DNA of 64,000 nucleotides from the NCBI GenBank assembly GCA_004297205.1, contig SCUL01000002.1:252594-316593 (forward strand), given 5' to 3'. Numbering within the stretch: the first letter of the stretch is position 1; each line of letters opens with the position of its first letter. The stretch is from Patescibacteria group bacterium. Lineage in GTDB: Bacteria > Patescibacteriota > Patescibacteriia > 2-12-FULL-57-11. Under the pieces are notes generated by a model that saw only the letters and a program-made list of their open reading frames with translations, searched no databases and had not been told where the DNA came from. A program made the position numbers and the translations under genes. This document shows positions 28,869-37,219 of the stretch, one piece after another.

Positions 28869-29590
28869 AACGGACTCCTTACGATAGGCCGTTCGGACGC
28901 CCGGGTCAAACGGCGAATCCTCCACAAGTCGCGAACAATGCCGAACAGCGCGCCAGCGCGAACGGTGGTCGTTGCATCATGGCGCCAACGAACCGGCAGT
29001 TCGATGATGCGCAACCCGGCGCGTCGCGCACGCGCGAGCACGTCAACATCGAACGCCCAGCCGTCGGTGGCGACGTCCTGAAAGAGCGCCGCGGCCGGCG
29101 CACGGAAACACTTGAAGCCGCACTGGGTGTCGCGGAACGGCAGACCGACGATCAGACGCACCAACAGATTGAACACGCGGCCGCTCTTCTCGCGCCACCA
29201 CGGCTGACGCGCCACGAGGTCGGCGCCGGTCACGGCGCGGGACGCGATGAGCACGTCGTGATCGGAAAGATACGGTCGGAATCCCTCGAACGCCTCCGGC
29301 TCGGTGGAGAGGTCGGCGTCCAAAAAGATGCGCCACTCCCCCGTTGCCGCGGCCATGCCGGCGCGCACTGCCGCGCCTTTCCCCCGATTCTGCGGCAGCC
29401 GAAGCAGGCGGATGCGCGGTTCGCGCGCTGCCGCTTCGCCAACGATGCGTGCCGTCGCGTCCGTGGAACCGTCGTCCACGATGACGATCTCCCAGTCCCC
29501 GAGACGGGCGGCGTACGCGGACACGCGCGCCAGGGCTTCGCCGATGGCGGCGGCTTCGTTGTATGCCGGGATGATGAAGGAGTACGTCAT
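28865..29590 (-). CDS. glycosyltransferase family 2 (polyprenol-phosphate sugar transferase-like)
   Basis: YSFIIPAYNE...VIVDDGSTDAT...FLDADL motifs; start at 29590 (ATGA overlap). Confidence 0.75.
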   Translation of the reverse strand: MTYSFIIPAYNEAAAIGEALARVSAYAARLGDWEIVIVDDGSTDATARIVGEAAAREPRIRLLRLPQNRGKGAAVRAGMAAATGEWRIFLDADLSTEPEAFEGFRPYLSDHDVLIASRAVTGADLVARQPWWREKSGRVFNLLVRLIVGLPFRDTQCGFKCFRAPAAALFQDVATDGWAFDVDVLARARRAGLRIIELPVRWRHDATTTVRAGALFGIVRDLWRIRRLTRASERPIVRSPL

Positions 29591-30627
29591 GTGCGTGCCA
29601 ACTTTTCCCACGCCGCGACGATACGGCGGGCGATCTCTGCGGCGTCCGGCAACGCAGCTGCGGCACGGCGGGCGTTCTCACCACGGCGGCGCGCTTCGTC
29701 CGGATGCGCCAGCGCATCGGCCAACGCGGCCGCAAACGCGGCTTCGTCTCCCGGCGGCACGACCCAGCCGCTCTCGCCGTCGACGATCACTTCTCCCGCA
29801 CATCCGACATCGGTCATGACGATGGCGCGTCCTGCAAGCGCGGCTTCGATGGCGAGTCGGCTCCAAGATTCGTGGAGTGAAGGGATGGCGATGATCCCGG
29901 CAGTGTCGACCGACGCATCGCGTGTCCATCCCTGGATGATAATGGGACGCTCAATGTGAGCGTGGTCCTTATCTTCTTTACCAATAACGCGATCGATCTC
30001 GTCTTGAATTGTTTTCTGTTCAGGACCACCGCCGCGTATGCGCAGCAAAGGATGTGGAAATTGTTTGCGTACTTGAGCAAATGCTCTCACGAGCATGGGG
30101 AGATTCTTCTCTGTCGTCAGACGACCATCATAACGGATCTCGTTCCAATAGATGGTCTCGGTGCCGATGGCCGGCATCTTGGGCGCAACGGGAATGATCG
30201 TGATCCGGTCCGTAGAAACGATTTCCTGCAGCGAACGTGCCAGACGCGCACTCACGACGCGCACGCCGTCGGCGCGGCGCAGCTGGAAACGCGCGAGCAT
30301 GAGCCGAAGCGGACGATGCCACGCTTCCGCCGCCCACGCAGGATTGAAAAAGTCGCCGTGCATTTGCAGTTCGAGTTTCGCGCCGCGCAGCCGCGCAATG
30401 AGCCAGCCGGCGAGGCCGGCCTCGAAGGGGTCCTGCGCGGTCACGACCCAACCGTGGCGCACCGTCGCGAGGCCGCGCCACAGGACGGACGCGAACCGCA
30501 TCGGCGATGCGAAGACGACCGTGACCTCCGCCCCGAGCGCGGCATACCCCGCGATCCGTTTCGCCGTCGGCGAACCAGGACGCACGGCGTCCGCATCGCG
30601 GCTGATCATGAAAACCTGCACGGGCAT
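29587..30627 (-). CDS. glycosyltransferase family 4 (GT4)
   Basis: ...AIPSLHESWSRLAIEAALAGRAIVMTDVGCAGEVIVDGESG (E-x7-E); start MPVQVFMISRD at 30627. Confidence 0.7.
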   Translation of the reverse strand: MPVQVFMISRDADAVRPGSPTAKRIAGYAALGAEVTVVFASPMRFASVLWRGLATVRHGWVVTAQDPFEAGLAGWLIARLRGAKLELQMHGDFFNPAWAAEAWHRPLRLMLARFQLRRADGVRVVSARLARSLQEIVSTDRITIIPVAPKMPAIGTETIYWNEIRYDGRLTTEKNLPMLVRAFAQVRKQFPHPLLRIRGGGPEQKTIQDEIDRVIGKEDKDHAHIERPIIIQGWTRDASVDTAGIIAIPSLHESWSRLAIEAALAGRAIVMTDVGCAGEVIVDGESGWVVPPGDEAAFAAALADALAHPDEARRRGENARRAAAALPDAAEIARRIVAAWEKLART

Positions 30628-30628
30628 A

Positions 30629-32884
30629 TCAGGGAACGTCGGACAGCGCGGCAACGAGCCCCTCCGTCATGCGCGCCACGGTGTACTGCGCGGCGGTGCG
30701 CTGGCCGGCCGCGGCCAGGCGCGCGGAAAGATCGGCGTCCTGCAGCAGGCGGACGACGGCCTCAACAAGCGCATCCACGTCGCCGTAGCGCACGACGAGC
30801 GCGTTCTCCTCGTGGCGCGCGACTTCCGCATTGCCACCCGCGTCGCTGGAGACGACCGGCGCACCGGCGGCGAGCGCTTCCACCAGCTGGTGCGAAAAAC
30901 CTTCATAACCCGTGTAGAGCACGAACACGCGCGCAGCCGCGGCGCGCGCCAGCACGTCGCCGTGCGGCAGACGGCCGGTCAGCGTTACGGCGTCCTTCAA
31001 TGCCAGACGCGCAATCTCCGCCTCCACGGCTGTGCGTTGCGGCCCGTCGCCGACGAGCGTCAAACGCGCGCCGGGAACGCGGGCGCGGATCGCGGGGAGC
31101 GCGGCAACGAGCTGTGCCATCCCCTTCCACGGCAGGAACCGTCCGGCGCTGAGGATCTCCGGCGCACGCGCCGCCAGCGCGGCGGCATCCGCCGCCGGCG
31201 GCAGTCCGTGAGCGTCAACGGCATTTTCCACCACGCGCACCCGCGTCTCCGGAACGCCCCACTGCCGAACGATGCCGGCAAGGTAATGGCTCGGCGTGAC
31301 GACGCGGGATGCGCGGCGTACCACGAACCGCTGGATGCGGCGCAACCGCTCCACGCCGGCGGCGTAGCGTTTCGACTGGAACGGATCGAGCAGGTCGGTC
31401 ACGCCGTGGCGCGACTGCCCCTGCTCCCAGGCATAGTCGCCGACGATCTTGATGGCAAAGGAGCGGCGCGCAAGCAGCGCGGCGAGCGCCGCAGGAAAAC
31501 CTGCCGAGACCGGATCCATGGCGAACACGACGCCGGTGCTGCGGGAACGGCGCAGGACGCGCCAGAAATACGCGAGGTGACGGACGCCGGGCGGCAGCGA
31601 GGATGAAACAACGGCGCGCGCCCCACCGGGCGGCGCAGGAATGGTCTTGGTGTCGCCGTAGGTGACGATGTCGACGCGCCAGCCGCGTGCAGACAGAATC
31701 GGGGCCACCGTGTTGACGTATGTTGCTGGCCCGCCGATGGCCGGCGGGAAAATGCCGGTCGCAAACAAGACGTTCTTGGACGTACCCAGACGTTCGTACA
31801 GGTCGGCGTACGACGGCATGATCTTCTCCCAATCGAACCGCGCCGCCGATGCCAACGATCCCGCCGCGAGACGGACGCGCAACGGTTCGTCAGAGAACAC
31901 GCGCATCAGTGCGGCGGCGAGGCGTTCAGGATTTTCGGCCGGCACAAGCACACCGCTCTCCCCGTCCGTAATGACGTCGGGAATGCCGCCGACGTTGGTG
32001 CCGACCGGCGGAACGCCGCAGGCCTGGGCCTCGATGAAGACGATGCCGAGTCCTTCGGCCAGCGACGGACAAGCGAAGACGTCGGCGGTGCGCAGGACGG
32101 CCAGCGCTTCGGCGTTGGGCAACGCGCCGCGGAACGTCACAGCTCCGGCGATCCCGAGTTCTTTGGCACGCGCTTCAAGCGCGGCGCGGTCGGCACCGTC
32201 GCCGACAAGGACCAGGTGCGCGTCAGGAACCGTCGTGCGGGTCCGCGCCAGCGCGTCGAGCAAATCACCCAGGCCCTTCTCCCAGGCCAGCCGCGCGATG
32301 CAAACGATGCGGTGGCGCACCCGCTCCTCCGGCCGTTGCGGCGCGATGCGCGAAAGATCGACGCCGTTCGCGATGACGGACACCCGCGCCGGGTCCGCAC
32401 CCAACCGCGCCGCGCGCGCGGCCAGGAAACCGCTGATGGCGGTGACGCGGTCGGGACCGGTATGGATCCGCCGCCACAGCCAACCGGGAATGCGCCGTTG
32501 TTTTTTGTCGCTGTCCAAGTCGCCGCTCTGCAACGTCAACACGCGACGCACGCGCGGCCGCAGGAGCCCGAACACCCACAGGGCGATGCCGGCATACGAT
32601 TCCATGACGGCGTGCGCGACGCGGGCCCGGATGCCGAGCGCGGCGAGCGGCGCCAGGATGCAGAAGAGCCACTTGTCGATCGGGTGCCCGATGCCGACCC
32701 GGCGGATCTCACCGAAGCCGCGGGTTTCGCGGGCCGGAACGCGGCGGGAGAGGCGGGACGTCAAAAGCACAAAGTGGTAGCGGTCGGAAAGACGGTCTAC
32801 CACTTCTTGCACGCAGCGTTCGGCCCCGCTCATCCACGGATCGTAGAAAGCGGAGAAGAGGATGATGGTGCGTTTCTCAGGCAT
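30629..32884 (-). CDS. tandem double glycosyltransferase (two fused GT4 domains)
   Basis: Two complete GT4 modules, each with PSLAEGLGIVFIEAQACGVPPV / YTGYEGFSHQLVEALAAGAPVV E-x7-E regions; start MPEKRTIILF at 32884. Confidence 0.7.
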   Translation of the reverse strand: MPEKRTIILFSAFYDPWMSGAERCVQEVVDRLSDRYHFVLLTSRLSRRVPARETRGFGEIRRVGIGHPIDKWLFCILAPLAALGIRARVAHAVMESYAGIALWVFGLLRPRVRRVLTLQSGDLDSDKKQRRIPGWLWRRIHTGPDRVTAISGFLAARAARLGADPARVSVIANGVDLSRIAPQRPEERVRHRIVCIARLAWEKGLGDLLDALARTRTTVPDAHLVLVGDGADRAALEARAKELGIAGAVTFRGALPNAEALAVLRTADVFACPSLAEGLGIVFIEAQACGVPPVGTNVGGIPDVITDGESGVLVPAENPERLAAALMRVFSDEPLRVRLAAGSLASAARFDWEKIMPSYADLYERLGTSKNVLFATGIFPPAIGGPATYVNTVAPILSARGWRVDIVTYGDTKTIPAPPGGARAVVSSSLPPGVRHLAYFWRVLRRSRSTGVVFAMDPVSAGFPAALAALLARRSFAIKIVGDYAWEQGQSRHGVTDLLDPFQSKRYAAGVERLRRIQRFVVRRASRVVTPSHYLAGIVRQWGVPETRVRVVENAVDAHGLPPAADAAALAARAPEILSAGRFLPWKGMAQLVAALPAIRARVPGARLTLVGDGPQRTAVEAEIARLALKDAVTLTGRLPHGDVLARAAAARVFVLYTGYEGFSHQLVEALAAGAPVVSSDAGGNAEVARHEENALVVRYGDVDALVEAVVRLLQDADLSARLAAAGQRTAAQYTVARMTEGLVAALSDVP

Positions 32885-33857
32885 GGCCGATGCGGAACCA
32901 ATCGTAGGTGCGTCGCAACCCTTCGTCGAGCGGCACCTGCGGCTCAAAGGCAAGGAGTTCCCGCATGCGCGTCACGTCCGGGCAACGGTAGCGCACCTCG
33001 ATGGCGCGTTCCGGTTCGTGCACGGGGACGAGCGGCTTGCCGGACAACACCGCGATTTTTTCCGCGAGTTCGTTGATGGTCGTCTGCCGCCCGCTGCCGA
33101 TGTTGAACGTCTTGCCGTTCGCCGCGTCCGCCAACAGCGCATGCACGCCCGCCTCGACGTTATCGCTGATGAAGACGAAGTCGCGCGTCGCCTTGCCATC
33201 GCCGAAGATGACCGGCGGTGCTCCGGCCAGGGCGCGTTTCATGAATATGCCGACGACGAAACCGTACGCCGACGCGTTCTGCCGCGGACCGTAGACGTTG
33301 AAGAAGCGCAGCGAGCAGCCCGGGAGTCCAAAACGCCGCCAGTAGTTGCGGACCATGTTCTCGCCGACGAGTTTGGTGAGCCCGTACGGATCGTCGGCGT
33401 TGACGTTGAGCACGCCCTCTTCGCGCTCCGGCAGTTCCACCGGTTCGCCGTAGGCTTCCGACGATGAGGCGAAAACGAACTTCTTGACGCGGTGGGCATG
33501 CGCGAGCGCCAGCAGGAACTTGATACCGTCGATGTCCTTGAACACTTCCAACGGACGTTCGATCACGATCCGGACGCCGACCACGGCGGCGTAGTGGAAG
33601 ACATAATCGATCTTGTGCGCGGAAAAAATCTGGGCGACTTCCTCGAAACGATTGACGTCCGCGCGTACGAAAACGAACTCCGGGTGTCGGCGCGCCTCCG
33701 CAAGGTTCTGATCGGTGCCGGTGCTGAGGTTGTCGACACCGACGACCCGCGCGCCCAACGAAAGCAGCCGGTCGACGAGATGCGACCCGATGAAGCCTGC
33801 GGCACCGGTGACAAGCACCGTGCTGCCCTGTAACGCTCGGTAGTCCACGTTGGTCAT
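32877..33857 (-). CDS. NAD-dependent nucleotide-sugar epimerase/dehydratase (GalE/UDP-GlcNAc 4-epimerase-like)
   Basis: VLVTGAAGFIGSHL Rossmann motif, YGLTK catalytic Y-x3-K, 326 aa; first gene of the minus-strand cluster. Confidence 0.8.
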   Translation of the reverse strand: MTNVDYRALQGSTVLVTGAAGFIGSHLVDRLLSLGARVVGVDNLSTGTDQNLAEARRHPEFVFVRADVNRFEEVAQIFSAHKIDYVFHYAAVVGVRIVIERPLEVFKDIDGIKFLLALAHAHRVKKFVFASSSEAYGEPVELPEREEGVLNVNADDPYGLTKLVGENMVRNYWRRFGLPGCSLRFFNVYGPRQNASAYGFVVGIFMKRALAGAPPVIFGDGKATRDFVFISDNVEAGVHALLADAANGKTFNIGSGRQTTINELAEKIAVLSGKPLVPVHEPERAIEVRYRCPDVTRMRELLAFEPQVPLDEGLRRTYDWFRIGHA

Positions 33858-33859
33858 CG

Positions 33860-33889
33860 TTGTGTTTCAGCCAATTTCCTGCGTATGAT
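33860..33889 (+). promoter_or_regulatory. candidate promoter (TTGTGT-18-TATGAT) for the divergent GT4 gene
   Basis: TTGTGT 33860-33865, 18-nt spacer, TATGAT 33884-33889, ~23 nt upstream of ATG 33913; region is divergent intergenic and likely also holds the minus-strand cluster promoter. Confidence 0.35.
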
Positions 33890-33912
33890 GGGGCATTCTT
33901 CGCCTCCCGTCA

Positions 33913-35031
33913 ATGGACACGCACCGCCGTCTCCTCCTCGTCGTCACCCAGTCGGATCTGGGCGGCGCACAACGCTATGTGCTGACCGTTGCCCGCGCCG
34001 CGGCCGCTTCGGGCTGGCAGGTCACCGTGGCGGCCGGACCCGACCCCTCGACGCGGCTCGGGGCGGGCGGGCTCGCTGCGGCGTGCGCTGATGCCGGCAT
34101 TGCCTTCCGCACGGTCGCGTCGCTCCGCCGCGAGATCCGTCCCGGCAGTGACCTGGCTGCGATCCGCGAACTGCGGCGTCTGATCCGCGAGCTCCGTCCG
34201 GACATCGTCCACGCCAATTCCTCGAAGGCCGGATTCCTGACGCCGCTCGCGCTCGTCGGCCTGCGCCCGCGGCCGCGGCACGTCTTCACCGCGCACGGCT
34301 GGGTGTTCCTCGAACCGGGCCGCAGCGGCCTGCTGTACCGCTGCCTGGAACGGCTCGCCGACCGTGGACGGGATGCGACGGTCGTTCTCTCGCCCCAGGA
34401 ACGCGACGCGGCACGGCGCGCCGGCATCGGCGCGCGCGGCCTGCATGTCGTTCCGCTGGGTGTCGTCCCCGCGTCGCACGACCGGGCCGCGGCGCGGGCG
34501 GCGCTTTCGGCCGCGGGCATTCCGGCCGATGCGGTCGTCCTCGGTTGCGTCGCGAACGCCTATCCCGCAAAAAACCTTCCGGCACTGATCGCCGCGTTCA
34601 CGCGCCTGCACGACGCCGCCGCGCACCTCGTGTTGGTCGGCGGCGGAACGGAACGGCTGCCCGGCGGCGCGCGCATCCATCTGCTCGGTCCCCGAGCCGA
34701 CGCGCGCGCGCTCATGGACGGCTTTGACGTCTTCGTCCTGCCGTCCGTCAAAGAAGGGCTGCCCATGACGCTGCTCGAAGCCATGGATGCGGGACTCCCC
34801 TGCCTGGCCACGTCCGTCGGCGGCGTCCCGAGCGTCATCGCCGACGGCATGAACGGATGGCTCACCGCGCCGGACCGGCTGGAAGACGGGCTGCGACGCG
34901 TCTTCGCGGCGCGCGAGACCTGGCCGCGCGCCGGCAAGGCGGCGTCCGATACGGTGCGGACCCTCTTCACGGAAGAACGCATGACGCGCGACACCCTCGC
35001 GCTCTACCGCAGCCTCACGGAATCCGGCTGA
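33913..35031 (+). CDS. glycosyltransferase family 4 (GT4)
   Basis: ...VFVLPSVKEGLPMTLLEAMDAGLPCLATSVGGVPSVIADGMNG (E-x7-E); convergent 17-nt overlap with next gene. Confidence 0.75.
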   Translation: MDTHRRLLLVVTQSDLGGAQRYVLTVARAAAASGWQVTVAAGPDPSTRLGAGGLAAACADAGIAFRTVASLRREIRPGSDLAAIRELRRLIRELRPDIVHANSSKAGFLTPLALVGLRPRPRHVFTAHGWVFLEPGRSGLLYRCLERLADRGRDATVVLSPQERDAARRAGIGARGLHVVPLGVVPASHDRAAARAALSAAGIPADAVVLGCVANAYPAKNLPALIAAFTRLHDAAAHLVLVGGGTERLPGGARIHLLGPRADARALMDGFDVFVLPSVKEGLPMTLLEAMDAGLPCLATSVGGVPSVIADGMNGWLTAPDRLEDGLRRVFAARETWPRAGKAASDTVRTLFTEERMTRDTLALYRSLTESG

Positions 35032-37219
35032 GGAAGAGCACGACCGCTTCATTCAGGGTGGGATCAAGTTGCCGCGCCCGTTCCGCTTCGGAACGGGCGC
35101 GCTCGTATTCCCCCATCCCGAAGAGCACCTCGGCAAGAAGCATACGCGCGTTGCCGGCCTTGGGAAACGCCTGGACGAGCCCTTCCGCAAGCGGCAGTGC
35201 CGACGCCGGCTGGCCTGCCTGTTGGTAGATCTGAATCGCGGCCACGAGGTCGTCCCCGCGCGTCCACGGATACCCGAGTTCCCGGGCCCGGGTAACGGCG
35301 CGCGCGGCGCCTGCCGCGTTGCCGGCGGCCTGATACGCGATCGCCAAATTCCAATGCACGTCCCGCACCCGCTCCTCGTCGGCCAGGCTGGCCTCGAGCA
35401 ACGCGACCGCGTCCGCGGCACGGCCCTCCAGGAGCGCGAGCTGGACGAGCGCGAACGTGACTTGTTGCCGTTTCGGAGAGAGAGCTTGCGCTTCTTCCAG
35501 TACCGTACGCGCGCGTTGCGCGGCCGTCGGGTCGAATCCCATCCGGGTGATGTAGATCTGTCCCAGCAGAAGCGCGTCGTAGACGTCCTTGCGCCCGGCA
35601 CGGTTCTCCTCGACCCGGCGCACGGCCCAGTCGAGCGCGGCGCGGCCGGCGTCGGTTCCGGGCGAAGACGCGGCGGCGGTCAGCACCTCGCGCGCGCCGT
35701 CCGCACGCAGGTCGACCCGGTGCTGCGTCGGCAGGGCGATGGCGCGATCGTACCAGGCCATGCCCTGGGCGAGGTCCCCGTACAGTCGGAGGGCGGACGT
35801 GCCCAGAAGCCCGTAGCGGTTTGCCTGGTACGGCACCGCAGCTAGCCAGACGGCGAGCGTGATGCCGACCGCGGCCGAGACGGCGCCGACGGCGCCAAGC
35901 GCGGCGCCTCCCAGCGCCCGCCCGGGCGCGGCCTCGGGCAACGGCCGCGCCGCGATCATCGCCAGGAGCAGGAAAAAATAAAGGTACGAGGTGTGCGAAT
36001 CGAACACGGTGAGATTCTGCAGGACGTAAGCGATCAGCATGCCGCCCGTGAGGATCCCTTCCCATTTCGGCGTCTCGCCGGCACGAATCTTCCTCTCCAG
36101 CGTCCAGAAGGCGGCGACGAACAGCGCCAGGTACGCCGCGGCTCCGACCGCCCCCGTGGTGGCGAGCACGTCGAGCAGGGTGTTATGCGGCCGGTCGAAC
36201 CACGTCTCGTACTGGCCGAACCGGTATGACTCGGGGTTGTAGTGCGCGTTGAAAACGTAATAGAAGTTTTCCGGCCCCCATCCCACCACGGGTTTTTCTT
36301 TGAACCCCTCGAGCGCGATCTCCCAGGCGATGAACCGGGTCCGCAAACCGCCGCCTTCGGAAAGCGTCGTCGTCAGCAGACGGCCGAACCCGGGGATGCC
36401 CAGCACCGCGGGATGGGTGCGGTTCGCGTACAACACCCCGAGCGCGATGATCGCGGCCAGCAGAAGAGAGATGCCCGTTTTCCGGTATCGCTTCTCGCGC
36501 ACCGCCAGCCAGGAAAGGAGCGCGAGGCCCGTCACGATGATCGCCAACAGCGTCCCGCGCGTCTGCGTGAACAGCAGCACGATCCCTTCCGCGATGCCGA
36601 GCACGACGAGCAGGACGCGGACGGACGGCGGCAGCGATTTGCGCACCACCAGGATGGCGATGAAGTACAGGTGGAACAGCAGGTAGTTCGCCAAATAGAT
36701 GGTGTTGCCGAGCGTCGCCCAAGGACGGCCGCTGGTGTTGGCCATGAAGCCCGTGTGGCCGCGCTCCCAGAGCGCCAGGACGGTCATGATGGCGCTCGCG
36801 CCGAGCGAGGCGAGCAGCACCATGCGCCACTCGCGCCGCGTGCGGTAGACGGTCGCGGCCATCAAGAAGAACGCAGCGTAATGCAGCATGGCAACGACGC
36901 CCGTCATGCGCTCATGGTTGGACCACAAGCTGCGCCACGGGTCCACGCCGAACGCGGCGGAAATGAGCAGGACGCCCATGTACGCGCCGACGGCGATGAG
37001 CAGCGGTTCTTTCCGCGGACGGTAGCGCGGCGCAACGGCCACGAGCAGCACGTAGAACGGCAGCAGCAGATCGACGAGGAGGCGGAAGCTCCAGACCTTG
37101 CCGACGACGAACGGAAACGTCGTCTCGCCGATGTAAATGAGCGGCGTCAAAAAAACAACCGGCAGGCCAACCTGGAGCACGCGCAGCGCGATCCGTTCCA
37201 CTCGTTCGGGTGCGATCAT
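35015..37219 (-). CDS. O-antigen ligase (Wzy_C)-like polytopic membrane protein with C-terminal TPR repeats
   Basis: ~10-12 TM helices with central Wzy_C-like loop, then ~250-aa soluble TPR-like tail (Ala/Leu-rich repeats). Confidence 0.6.
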   Translation of the reverse strand: MIAPERVERIALRVLQVGLPVVFLTPLIYIGETTFPFVVGKVWSFRLLVDLLLPFYVLLVAVAPRYRPRKEPLLIAVGAYMGVLLISAAFGVDPWRSLWSNHERMTGVVAMLHYAAFFLMAATVYRTRREWRMVLLASLGASAIMTVLALWERGHTGFMANTSGRPWATLGNTIYLANYLLFHLYFIAILVVRKSLPPSVRVLLVVLGIAEGIVLLFTQTRGTLLAIIVTGLALLSWLAVREKRYRKTGISLLLAAIIALGVLYANRTHPAVLGIPGFGRLLTTTLSEGGGLRTRFIAWEIALEGFKEKPVVGWGPENFYYVFNAHYNPESYRFGQYETWFDRPHNTLLDVLATTGAVGAAAYLALFVAAFWTLERKIRAGETPKWEGILTGGMLIAYVLQNLTVFDSHTSYLYFFLLLAMIAARPLPEAAPGRALGGAALGAVGAVSAAVGITLAVWLAAVPYQANRYGLLGTSALRLYGDLAQGMAWYDRAIALPTQHRVDLRADGAREVLTAAASSPGTDAGRAALDWAVRRVEENRAGRKDVYDALLLGQIYITRMGFDPTAAQRARTVLEEAQALSPKRQQVTFALVQLALLEGRAADAVALLEASLADEERVRDVHWNLAIAYQAAGNAAGAARAVTRARELGYPWTRGDDLVAAIQIYQQAGQPASALPLAEGLVQAFPKAGNARMLLAEVLFGMGEYERARSEAERARQLDPTLNEAVVLFLSRIP

